Assembly (NCBI GenBank): GCA_038087875.1
Contig: JAXLNO010005688.1
Location: forward strand, 124,001-188,000
Length of the DNA stretch: 64,000 nt
Direction of reading: 5' to 3'
DNA from: Malacoraja senta
Taxonomy: Eukaryota
Shown: one piece after another, positions 27,390 through 38,786 of the stretch
Position numbering within the stretch: position 1 is the stretch's first letter
Layout: each line of letters begins with the position of its first letter
The notes under the pieces: generated by a model
Told to the model about the DNA's origin: nothing
Database searches by the model: none
The model's input: the letters and a program-made list of their open reading frames with translations, nothing else
Position numbers and translations under genes: made by a program

Positions 27390-28185
27390 TAAGAAAGAAC
27401 TGCAGATGCTGCAGATGTTAAAATCGAAGAGAGACACAAAATGCTGGAGTAACTCAGCGGATCAGGCAGCTTCCCTGGAGAGAAGTAATGGACATCGTTT
27501 TGGGTCGAGACCCTTCTTCAGACTGATGTGAGGGGAGGGACAAAGATAGAATGTCGGCGGAGACAGTAAGACTGGTGGCAGAATTGGGAAGTGGGAGGGG
27601 ATGGAGAGAGAACTCAAGGGCTATCGAAAGTTATAGAAGTCAATGTTCATACCGCTGGAGTATAGACTACCCAAGCGAAATATGAGGTGCTATTCCTCCA
27701 ATTTGGGCTGGGCCTCACTCTGACAATGGAGGAGGCACAGGACAGAAAGGTTAGATTGGGAATGGGAGGGGGAGTTGAAGTGCTGAGCCACCGGGAGATC
27801 TGGTATGGTAAGACGGACTGAGGGGAAGTGTTCTGCAAAACGATCGCCGAGCCTGCGCTTGGTCTCACTGATGTAGAGAAGTTGACAATTGAAACAGCGG
27901 ATACAGTAGATGAGGTTGGAAGAGGTGCAAGTGAACTTCTGCCTCACCTGGAAAGACTTTAGGTCCTTGGACGGAGTCGAGGGGGGACGTAAAGGGACAT
28001 GTGTTGCATCTCCTGCGGTTGCAGGGGAAAGTATCCGGGGAGCGGGTGGTTTGGGTGTGAAGGGACGAGTTGACCAGGGAGTTTCGGAGGGAACGGTCTC
28101 TGCGGAAAGCAGAAAGGGGTGGAGATGGGAAAATGTGACCAGTAGTGGGATCCCGTTGGAGGTGGCAAAAATGTTGGAGGATTTT
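27390..28185 (-). mobile_element. Penelope-like element fragment (GIY-YIG endonuclease + pLTR)
   Basis: FTCTSSNLIYCIRC..LYISETKRRLGDRFAEH..PVAQHFNSPSH. Confidence 0.88.
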
Positions 28186-28578
28186 ATGTTGTACTTACTA
28201 TTAATAGTCCTTACTATTCTCCATGTCTTCCTTGGTGAAACTTAACCTCGCCAAACTCCAAGTACATATTCCCTTCTATATCCTTAAGCAATCAACCTTT
28301 TGCTGCAATGGTTGCCTCGCCAAACGTCGTCTGTCCCTAAGTTCTTTGTGTCTATTTTGTACGTGTTAAATGAATAATCTTTAGTGTTCTTTAGCTTGTT
28401 TTGGGGGGAGTGGGGGGTGGGGGAGTTGTGGGAAACTTTTCCTAATCTCTTACCTTGACGTAGATGCGATATTTTCTTTATCGTATCTCCGTCCACAATG
28501 CGGCCTAAACATTGAGGAATGGCGGCCTTTGCTAGAGATCGACCAGGAAATCCATCGCAGGAGCCTGTGGACTTATTA

Positions 28579-29182
28579 AAGGCCTGTCTCACGAATCTGC
28601 GGTCATTGGCGGCGAAACGGGAAGAATCTGCCGCCATAGACCGCGCACTCGTGAGAACGTACAATTCCCGGGCCGTGCGGCGGTGTTCCCACACCGCGCG
28701 GTGCTAAAATAAAATCGACAATGTCGAAAACCATATACTCACCGCACAACCTCCACCAGTGATGCACAAGTGCGGCACGGCCGCTCGCACGGGCCGCCGC
28801 TAGTGTGGGTCGAGCGCCGTGCGTCAAACCTCCACTGCCACAGCCTCCGCCAGTGACGCACGTGCCGCCGCCAGTGAGGCAGGTGTGCTGCACGGCCGCA
28901 GGCACAGCCACCGCTACAGCGCTGCGATCAGGATGGCCGCCGCCACAGCCGCCGCTGGTGAGTCACGTGCGGCGGGCCGACGTCATCGCAGTCGGCCCGC
29001 CATTTTTTTACTTACCGCAAGCACGTGGGACCCGCCGTGTTTGAATTAACTCGGCCCCCGCGCAGCATCCGTGCGGCGCTCCGGTGGATAGGCTCGACGC
29101 TCTCGCCGTTGCCGCGCGGTCCTCGCTACCGGCGACGCCGCGCTTCACCGCCGATGACCGCAAACAGGTAAGACAGAGCCTT
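28579..29182. mobile_element. GC-rich MITE, TA target duplication
   Basis: TIR AAGGCCTGTCTCAC / GTAAGACAGAGCCTT flanked by TA; removal restores the host repeat (cttatTAccatc). Same family as 37514-38602, in inverse orientation. Confidence 0.85.
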
Positions 29183-29685
29183 TACCATCATGGAGCTCGC
29201 AATCCCTGTCAGGGGTCGACTTTAGGGCTCCAACTGTGAGAGCCTGCAAGACTTCAACATCGCGGAGCCCACGATCCTCGGTCGAGATCGACATCCAAGA
29301 TCTCCAAGCGGCTGGAGTTTGGACCGCTCTGACGCGGGAATTTCGATTCCCCAACGGGGGGTTTCGACGGTCGACTGCAGATTGTTTGACTGCCCCGACC
29401 GCGGGAGATAAAGAGGAAGGAGATTGGACTTTATTGCCTTCTATCACAGTGAGGAACGTGCGGACTCCTCCGTTGTGGATGTTTATGTTAACTTTTATGT
29501 TATTGTGTGTCTTGTTGCTTTTTTTTGTATGGTGTATGGTAGTCTGCATTTCAATGTACCTTAATTGGTATATGTGACAATAAACTAACCATGAAACCTT
29601 GAAAAAGATGTGGGATTTTCTGTAATCCGACTCACTAAAGGCACTTTGTGGCCTTTATTAGCCCCTTTAGTTTTAAGCTTTAGAG

Positions 29686-31640
29686 CAGTGGTTCTTAACC
29701 TTTTTGGCCCCACGATCCCATCAGGCATTCTTGATCAGTACCGTGACCTCTGAAACAAAACAGCCCAATTTATTAAAACATGTCTGCCATTGCTCAGCCA
29801 ATGGGATGGCTGAAATTGCTTCGCAGTCATCAGGCAATCAAAACGTGGACGAATGCTCGACAGGCAGCATCGCATGTCAGTGTAGATCACAAGCCTATTG
29901 CGTACCTTCGTTTTCAGAGTTACCATAGTTGAGAATCCACCCTCACAGTGAGAGGTTGAGGGGGACTGGACCAATAGGGTCAGGGCCCTCTTCGAAAGAG
30001 CAGGACAGTCCTTCACTTTCAGCCAAAACGTGGCGAGCTCTTGTTCCATGAAGTCACTCTTGAATTGCGCATCTTCACGAATTCGGTAAAATTCAACCTT
30101 CGCAGTCACGTCAGTATCACTGATGGCACCGTCTTCAACGGAAAATGGTCGGATGATCCACTGATCACGAGAGCGGTCGTCCAGTCTGGGGAAGTAACGT
30201 TCGATGGCTTCACTAATTGCCAGAAGGTGGGTTGAGATCTCCTCGTGGAAGTGGCATTCAGCATCAGGCATAGCATCCAGGAGAGTCGTCATCTCAGGGA
30301 AGATAGTCGAGTCACCGTCCTGGACTCTTCTCTGGTAAAGGTTCCTCCTGAATGCTGCCACTTTGCCATTAGGAGGTTTCCTTGAAGTGACAGGTTCAAG
30401 GAATTCACCTCGGCGAAGAAGTCAGCCAAGTAAGCAACCTTCATCACGAACAGTTCAACCTGCATTTTTTCATGAAGCTGATTCTCCTTCTCAGTACCCC
30501 TTGTCTCCAAGAACAACGCTATTTCCTCTCAACGTTGAATCACATGATTGAGAACTTTACCACGCAAAAGCCAGCGCACCTCTGCGTGGAATAACAGAAT
30601 AGTGAAATCGGCGCCCATTTCTTCACACATCGCTTGAAGATTCTTGAGTTTGTTGCGCTCTCTCGGATGTGGTTCACAATCTTCACCACATCTGAAAGCA
30701 CTTCTCGAAGACCAAGAGGGAGAGTCTTCATCGCTAAAGCAAGGCGATATATCATGCAGTGGGGGAAGGAGACATGAGGAGCGACATTCTTCACGAAGGC
30801 TTGGAAACCGGATCTGCAACCGACCATGGAAGGTGCCCCATCTGTACACATCCCGACAAGGCGTTCCCAGCCAAGCTCATGTCTGCTGAGCAAGGTTTCC
30901 AGCATTCTGAACATATATCACTGAGTAGCCAATGGCTCCGAGAACAGGTACTCCTCCGTCATGGCTTTTCCATTGAGGTAACAAACATAGACTGCAGTTG
31001 GGAACATGAGGCAACATCTGTTGACTCTCCCAGTTGCAGTGAATACACTGGACTTCTCGTCACAGCCCTAACTACTTGCAGCAGAATATCATTACTCATA
31101 TCCGAGATTCAACTTTTGACTTGTCATTCAAAAGGGAAATCTGCCTGAACTTGTTTGACTGCTGTTCCCCCAGCACCAACCTTGCTGCTTCGATAAGGCA
31201 TTGCTGATAAGCTCTTCACCGATGTTGTGAGGTTTCTTAGTCTGTGCGATTCGATAAGCATTCCGGTATGAAGCCTCCAACGCTGCTTCATTTTGATGAG
31301 CGCAGTGACCCGTTGAATAGATGCGGGATCCCTTGAGTATGGCTTCTTTTCGTTTGAAATCGTCCACGCTCTTCCCCGCCAGGTTGCTGTGACAAGACTC
31401 CAAATGGATCTTCAGTTTGCTGGGCTTCATGCTCTCGTGACTCAAAACCTTGGCACAGAGAACACATTGCGGCTTGACCACGGATTTTGAACAATGCTTG
31501 TGAAGCCGAACTTGGGAAATGTTTCACTATACGTGCGCGTCTTGGAAGACATGGTTCACAACACACACTGTTTGTGCGTGTATACGCAGAGCCTGAGAGG
31601 AATCTTATCAGTGGGTACAAAGTTTCTTTTGGGCCCCCTT
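29686..31640 (-). mobile_element. hAT (Buster/Charlie, ZBED5/SCAND3-like) transposase element, degenerate
   Basis: One terminus CAGTGGTTCTTAACC preceded by CTTTAGAG. Fragments: BED finger (KPQCVLCAKVLSHESMKPSKLKIHL), CTDGAPSM, HCMIYR, AEVRW and the dimerisation motif PSTSHCEGGFS. The other TIR was not found. Confidence 0.9.
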
Positions 31641-32139
31641 CCCTTCTCCATTAGTCATCCTGTTTTTATCCACTATGCTACAGTTTTATGCACGGCAAAA
31701 AGGGGTATGGAAGATGAGAGAGGGGTGGAATGGGGCGCTCTGTTGATTTTCTGCATTTGAGGCCTTATGCCCCTATACACCCTCCATGATAAATATAAAT
31801 AAAATTAAAGGATCAGAAAGCACATTTGTTTTCCTTCACTCTATAGATGCTGCCTCACGCGTTGAGTTTCTCCAGCATTTTATCTACCTTTGTTTTGAAT
31901 CTTTGTTTATGCTACAATACAGATAAGGAGAAAGAATTCACATTGAAACATCCTTTTATTTCAATGCAGATCATATCATCAAAAGACATAATTATTAGTA
32001 AAAAGTAAAAGATTTATTATATAAATTTACTTTATATAAAGAGCTTTCCTGGCCTTTTTTGTGAAAAATTTCAAATCACAGCATGAAAATGTATTGTTCT
32101 GGCAATGTTTGATTCAATACTATTGATTCAATACGTTGA

Positions 32140-32610
32140 CACCGTGGAGCTGTGGACTGCGGAGCTTCTAGCCGCGGGCGTGGCGTGGACTTACCATCCG
32201 GAGTCTGGAATCCCTTGCCGGGGATCACCAGAGACGAGCTCAAACCTGCGGCCTAAAACATCCTGAAGCTGCGGTCTCCAATAGGAAAGTGCCGAGTAGG
32301 GACCTCCAAGCCGCAGAGTGTGTTTGTCGGTCCCAACGTCGGAGTTTGGATCATCCCGACGAGAGGGCCTTGTACATCGGGCCGTCCCTAGCGGCGACTA
32401 TGGAGGGGTTATGGCCCCGAACACGGGTGAACAATGGAGGAGGACTGGATGAAACTTGTTGCCTTCCACCACAGTGAAGAATGCTGTAATGGATGTTTGT
32501 GTTCAATTTTATTGTGTATTGTGTGTTCTTTTTAGTTCACTGCTGGCAAATTCATTTCACTGCACCTTCGGGTGTATGTGATGAATAAAACTGACTTTGA
32601 CTTTGAATAC
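32140..32610 (+). mobile_element. GC-rich non-coding retroposon with Rex1-type tail
   Basis: Shares the agcggc..tggag and ggactgg..gccttc..acagtg motifs with 24281-25050; ends atttcactgcacc..gtga..aataaa(actttg)n. Confidence 0.6.
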
Positions 32611-32778
32611 TGAGCCTGGCCAAATCCACAAGACGTTCATGAGACATTGTCGACCTTAAATAATTCTTAATCAGCTTGAATTTGCTAAATGACCTCTCTG
32701 CAGAAGCTACTGTTGCTGGAATTGTTAATAGTATTCTTAAGCTAATTCAAACATTTGGAAACAGGTTACCAAGTCAAT

Positions 32779-33654
32779 AGGGAGGTTTCACGGCAGTCGG
32801 GTCACGACCCATGACCCGTACTGTTGCTACGCTACGCCAAATGGATTACACGCGATGAACTGCAGGTAAGCACTTACCATTGTTTCCAGGTAGCGGGCCC
32901 GTTAAAACCCGCCGAAATTCTCAATTTTGGCGCTGTAAATAATTATGGAACTCGGGATAAACGTGAGAGACATTTAGCCTACTTCAGTATTCAAAAAGTG
33001 AGGAGAAATGACGGTAGATAGAAGCGAGGAGAGTGCTTGTCGAACATTGGCCGTTTGCTCACTGCATTTCATCAACTAAGGCATTATTTGTGTTTTTTCT
33101 TGATTCCTTTGGCATCTAAAGTTTCAGAAGGGATAAATCTGGCTGTAAAATTTTAAAATTGCCCATGGTTCTCAACTGGGTTTTTACATACAAAAATAAA
33201 ACGCCTCTAAAGCAAAATTTACAACCAGATTTATCACTTCTGAGACTTTATAGATACCAAAGGAATCAAGAAAAAAACCAAATAATGCCTTACCGTTAAT
33301 GAAATGCAGTGAGCAAACGCGATAAATCCCAATATTTTCAATTCCGATATCTGCACGGCCAAAGTTCGCCAAGCACTTTAGCTGCTGTTGTCCCTTCAGC
33401 TCTCGCTTCTCTTTACCTTCATTTCGCTTCACTTTTGGAATTCTGAAGTTGGGTACATGTCTCTCACACTTACCCCGACTTCCACAATTTTTTACAGCGA
33501 AAAAATTCAACATTTAGGCTGCTTTTAACAGGTAGGAGTGTACGCGTTTCTAGCATTAATAACATATACCGGAAGTTACGTATGTCCTCCAGATGGATTG
33601 AGCGGCTCCGTGCGTCAAGCCCTATGACCCAGTGACCTTACGTGCAACCCCCCT
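32779..33654. mobile_element. Fold-back non-autonomous DNA transposon with degenerate THAP-domain arms (ISL2EU/Harbinger-like)
   Basis: Termini AGGGAGGTTTCACG / CGTGCAACCCCCCT, flanked by AT (alternatively read as TA). THAP-like translation on minus (FAVKNCGSR..FRIPKV..RVCSLHF) with a diverged copy on plus. Confidence 0.75.
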
Positions 33655-33669
33655 ATAGTCTGTTAACAA

Positions 33670-34330
33670 GTTCAACAGATCTAATGGTTCAACAATCAAC
33701 AGTCAGTTTTATTCGTCACATTGCACATAAAGTGCAAGTGAAATGAATTTGCCAGCAGCGGTACAATGATAAAGACCACACAAAAACACAATAAACATTT
33801 AACACAAACATCCACCACAGCATTCATCACTCTGGTGCAAGGCACAAAATTTGGCCAGTCCTCCATTTTCCCTCAACCCTCCGCAGCCGCCGCTGCGGGC
33901 ATCCAGATGAGTGAAAGTCCAGGTAAGTCCTGAAACGGTGCCTCTCCCACCGGAGCCTCGGCTTCAGCTTGGTGTAGGCCGCAGGCCGGCGGTCGAAGAT
34001 TTAAAGTCCCCGCCACGCCGCAGCCAGAAGCACCGCAGACAGCAGGGCCGGCAGTCGAAGCTCCCCTCCAGGGGTCCCCGGCGAGGGCCCCCGCTCCCGA
34101 TGGTAATTCGCCGCCGCGCCCGCGGTAGAAGTTGGTCGCGGGCCGGCGGTGGTGGCTTCTACTTCTCCCGGATCCCCCACGAGGGATCATAGGCTGCAGA
34201 CGCCGCAGCTGGAGCTCTGCAGACCGCGTCGCAGGCTGCCGGCTACCGCGGGCCAACGAAACGGAGCGCTCCCCTCCCGCTCCACGCCGAGAGTCCACGC
34301 TGCGCCCGCCGCTGAAGCCCCGGGAGCGTT
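33670..34330 (-). mobile_element. GC-rich non-coding retroposon with Rex1-type tail
   Basis: Same core motifs and tail type as 32140-32610, on the minus strand. Confidence 0.6.
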
Positions 34331-34359
34331 TTAACTACAGTTATATATTTCACCCTCCC

Positions 34360-34570
34360 ACTAACACACATACATTCAGACACGCACTCACTCACCTACT
34401 CACATACACCCACACACACCCATACACATACACACACACATACACCCTCAACCACACCCACACACACTGACCCACACCCACTGACCTACACCCCCACCCA
34501 CACAAATCCACCCACTTACCCACGCCCACTCTCGCACACAAACACACCCACCCCCACCCCCACCCAAACG
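34360..34570. repeat. Degenerate (CA)n/(CACC)n microsatellite
   Basis: Direct inspection. Confidence 0.85.
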
Positions 34571-34689
34571 CAGGCCCGGACCACTGAAACAGCCGTGGCT
34601 GCCGACTCTCACCATCTCCCCGGGCGGGGCCACCACAGCCACTGTCGCTCGAAAGCCCATATCTCTACTCCAGCTCCCCACGGATAACG

Positions 34690-35790
34690 GATAAGTCTCC
34701 AGGTCCTGATAGGATATTCCCTAGGACATTGAGGGAAGTTAGTGTAGAAATAGCAGGGGCTATGACAGAAATATGTTAAATGCCATTAGAAACGGTAATA
34801 GTGCCGGAGGATTGGCGTACTGCGCATGTTGTTCCGTTGTTTAAAAAGGGTTCGAAGAGTAAACCTAGCAATTATAGACCTGTTAGTTTGATGTCAGTGG
34901 TGGGCAAATTAATGGAAAGGATACTTAAATATAATATATATAAGCATCTGGATAAGCAGGGTCTGATTAGGAACAGTCAACATGGATTTGTGTCTGGAAG
35001 GTCATGCTTGACTAATCTTCTTGAATTTTTGAAGAGGTTACTAGGGAAATTTATGAGGGTAAAGAAGTGGATGTTGTCTATATGGACTTCAGTAAGGCCT
35101 TTGACAAGGTTCCTCACGGAAGGTTGGTTAAGACGATTCAATTGTTGGGTATTAATGGAGGAGTAGCAAGATGGATTCAACAGTGGCTGAATGGGAGATG
35201 CCAGAGAGTAATGGTGGATGGCTGTTTGTCAGGTTGGACGCCGGTGACTAGTGGAATCTCATGTAGATAGGGTGGTAAAGAAAGCTTTTGGTGTGCTGGC
35301 CTTTATAAATCAGAGTTCAACTAAGTTACAGAGAAAGGTTGAACAAGTTAGGTCTTTATTCTTTGGAGCGCAGAAGGTTAAGAGGGGACTTAATAGAGGT
35401 CTTTAAAATTATGAGCGGGTTAGACAGAGTGGATGTGGATAAGCTTTTCCCATTGAGAGTAGGGAAGATTCAAACAAGGGGACATGACTTGAGAATTAAG
35501 GGACAGAAGTTTAGGGGTAACATTAGGGGGGACTTCTTTACTCAGGGAGTGGTAGCTGTATGGAATGAGCTTCCAGTGGAAGTGGTGGAGGCAGGTTCGA
35601 TGTTATCCTTTAAAAATAGATTGGATGAGTATATGGACGGGAAAGGAATGGAGGGTTATGGTCTGAGTGCAGGTAGATGGGACTAGGGGGGAAGTATTTA
35701 TTTTTAATTAAAAAAATAATTTAAAAAATGTATATAATAATACATAAAAAAAATTTAAAAAATGTCCGAGATGGCCTGTTTCCGTGCTGT
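34690..35790 (+). mobile_element. CR1 LINE fragment of the same young family, with two internal deletions
   Basis: Highly similar to the reverse complement of 18228-19860, with the same tail; segments are missing near 35255 and 35315. Confidence 0.92.
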
Positions 35791-37379
35791 TATGGTTATA
35801 TGGTTAAATCTTAAAGGATTTTTTACACAGAGAGTGGTGGGTGCTTGGAGCGTGCTGTCAGAGGAAGTAGTGGAAACAGATATGATAGCAATGTTTAAAG
35901 GCATTTAAACAGGCATGTATGTTGTACTGCTCTATGTTTTATGTTAACTAATAAATTGATTTTGACTGTCGCACCACACAGTGGCTCTTTTATTTTTGAT
36001 TTTGATTATTATCTTGTTTATCAATTTATACTGTTTATGGGCCTGTTAGGCTGCTGCATGTAATAATGTAATTGTTCTGTTGTTGGAACATTTAATTAGA
36101 CATTTCATTAAAGAAGCTTAACTCTCTTGCCTCTCTTGGGTCCTGACATGTGAACAGAGAGGAAATAAAGTGGTGTGTGGAAAGGAACAGCAGAACCTCG
36201 TTTAAACCAAAGGTAGACACAAACATTTGGAGTAACTCAGTGGGAAAGGCAGCATCTCAGGAGAGAAGGACTGGTGATGTTTTGGGTCGAGACCCTTCTT
36301 CAGTCTGGATAAACCATGTGCAGGAAGATGGGATTAGTTTGTAATAGCAACAGAGCCAGCACAGACATTGTGATGCTAGGGCGTATCCCTGTGTCATCCT
36401 GCTCAATGTTCTTTGTTTATTCATTCAATAGTGTTTACATTTCAAGAAATACACAGTGGTTCTAAATGTTTTTAAAATGTTGTGAAAGGTTTTGCAAGAA
36501 TGAATCTATATATTTAACTTTTTTCTCAGTTTTTCATATTCTGATTTACATTATAAAGAATCTCATTGCGTATGCACACAGAAACCAACCAATCAGTATC
36601 ATACTTCAAGGCCAGAGGTTATGTTGCACTTGAACCTGCAAACACCTTTGTTGGTATAACTTTATCAGTGTAACCATCTGTTGGCTTGTTACCTATTTGT
36701 TTATCGAAGCAGCTTGCTGTTAAATAAAGGTGTTATATTTACCCCAGCTTCTCACTATGTACCACATCCCCCCTTGTAAATCTTTCCCGAGTTTCCCTTC
36801 TTTATCTCTCTTTCCTTTGTTGCTACATTTTCCTTGAACTCCTTTCCCTTTGTCCTGTTTTCACATCTCACACATCCTTATCTATACACTTCCTTATCTA
36901 TCGACCTCCCATTCCCCTGACATCAGCCTGAAGAAGGGTCTCGACACAAAATGTCACCCATTCCTTCACTTCAGAGATGCTGCCTGTCCCGACGAGTTAC
37001 TCCAGCATTGTGTGTCTATGTTCTGATTGGACTCTCTTGTTGTTTCCTTGCATTCTTATTTTGATTTAGTTAATAATGAATTATTTATAGTTTAAAAAAT
37101 CGTGACAAAAAGACAATTACCCCTGCGACAAATACGACTAAAGTGCAACATGGTGGCCGGAGCGGAATTGCTCACCGACCTCGCTGATGCTTTGTTTTCC
37201 TCCAGCCAGCCCACCGCTGGGCTCCCGTGGAAACCGCTCCAGCACCACCTTGTCGAAGCCGCTCTCATCCCGCTGCAGTTTCACTCAAGCCGCAGCACCG
37301 AGGTGGGGGGCGCTTTCACTTCGGGTGGTCGGGAGGATGGAAGAGGGGGTGGGAGGGTAGGGACGGAGAGAGAGATTTA

Positions 37380-38761
37380 AGGGCCTGTCCCACTGTACGA
37401 GGTAATTCAAGAGCTCTCCCAAGTTTTAAAAAACCGAACTCGTGGTAAGTACGTAGAATGTACGTAGCGGGTACGTCGGAGCTCAGGACGTCTCTTAGCG
37501 GCTCGTAACGCTAAAGGCTATGTCTCACGGTGTTGCGGTCATCGCCGGTGAAGCGCGGCGTCGCCGGTAGAGGGGACCGCACGGCAACGGCGAGAGCGCC
37601 GAGCCTATGCCACGGGAGCGCCGCACGGATGTTGCGCGGGGGCCGAGTGATTTAAACACGGCGGGTCCCACGAGCTTGCGGTAAGTAAAAAAAGGGCGGG
37701 CCGACTGCGATGACGTCGGCCCGCCGCACGTGACTCACCCGCGGCGGCTGTGGCGGCTGCCGTCCAGATCGCGGCGCTGCAGCGGTGGCTGTGACTGCGG
37801 CCGCGCAGCACACGTGCACGTGCCTCACTGGCGGAGGCTGTGGCTGAGGAGGCTTGACGCACGGCGCTCGAGCCAGACTGGCGGCGGCCCGTGCGAGCGG
37901 CCGTGCGCACTCGCGCATCACTGGTGGAGGTTGTGCGGTAAGTATTTTGTTTTGGACATTGTCGTTTTTATTTTAGCACCGCGCGGTGTTGGGAACACCG
38001 ACGCACGGCCCGGGGATTGTACTTTCTCACGAGTGCGCGGTCTATGGCAGCAGATTACTCCAGTTTCGCCGCCATAGACCGCAGACTCGTGAGACAGGCC
38101 TTTAAGTTAAAAAAAAAGGGCGGGCCGACTGCGACGACGTCATTTTGGATCTGCGGGTCTGTGGCGGCGGCCGTGCTGATCGCGGCGCTGTAGTCGTGGC
38201 TGTGGCGGCTGCCGTGCCGCACACGTGACTCACTAGCGGCGGCTGTGGCGGCGGCTGTGCTGATCGCGGCGCTGTAGCGGTGGCTGTGGCGGTGGCCGTG
38301 CCGCACACGTGCCTCACTGGCGGAGGCTGTGGCGGTGCAAGTTCGACGCACGGCGCTCAAGCCACACTGGCGGCGGCTGTGGCGGCGGCCGTGCCGCACT
38401 CGTGCCTCACTGGCGGAGGCTGTGCGGTAGGGACATATTTTTGAACAGTGTTCGTTTTATTTTAGCACCGTGCGGTGTTGGGAACAACGCCGCACGGCCC
38501 CGGAATTGTGCGTTTGACCGAGTGCGCGGTCTATGGCGGCCCAGGAGCGGTAGATTCTTCCTGTTTCGCCGCCAATGACCGCAGACTCGTGAGACAGGCC
38601 TTTAACGGCAGCTACTCAGGAAACGCGGTAAGCTCGTGAAGACTCATGAAGGTTTTCAAACATGTTCAAAGATGTCCACGAGAGCCCCGAGTACCTTCGA
38701 GTTCCAATCACGGGAAACTCGGGAGAACTCTTGAATTAGCTCGTACAGTGGGACAGGCCCT
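37380..38761. mobile_element. MITE with TIR AGGGCCTGTCCCACTGTACGAG, interrupted by a second MITE
   Basis: Long TIRs at 37380 and 38761; nested insertion at 37514-38602. Confidence 0.85.
37514..38602. mobile_element. GC-rich MITE (unit 37514-38102 plus tandem partial duplicate 38105-38602)
   Basis: TIR AAGGCTATGTCTCAC / GTGAGACAGGCCTT with TA duplication (gcTA..TAacggc). The right TIR occurs twice; internal degenerate GC minisatellite. Confidence 0.85.
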
Positions 38762-38786
38762 TGAGTCGACAGGTGTTGTGATATGG

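Noticed and set aside
35240-35330. CR1 internal deletion bounded by GT..AG, suggesting retroposition of a spliced mRNA
   Set aside because: It is equally explained by GTGG microhomology, the donor is weak, and the second deletion is not GT-AG.
36330-36380. Minus-strand MSVLALLLLQ.. as a possible leader for gene B
   Set aside because: It is the reverse complement of a decayed CR1/SINE tail and has no phase-1 donor.
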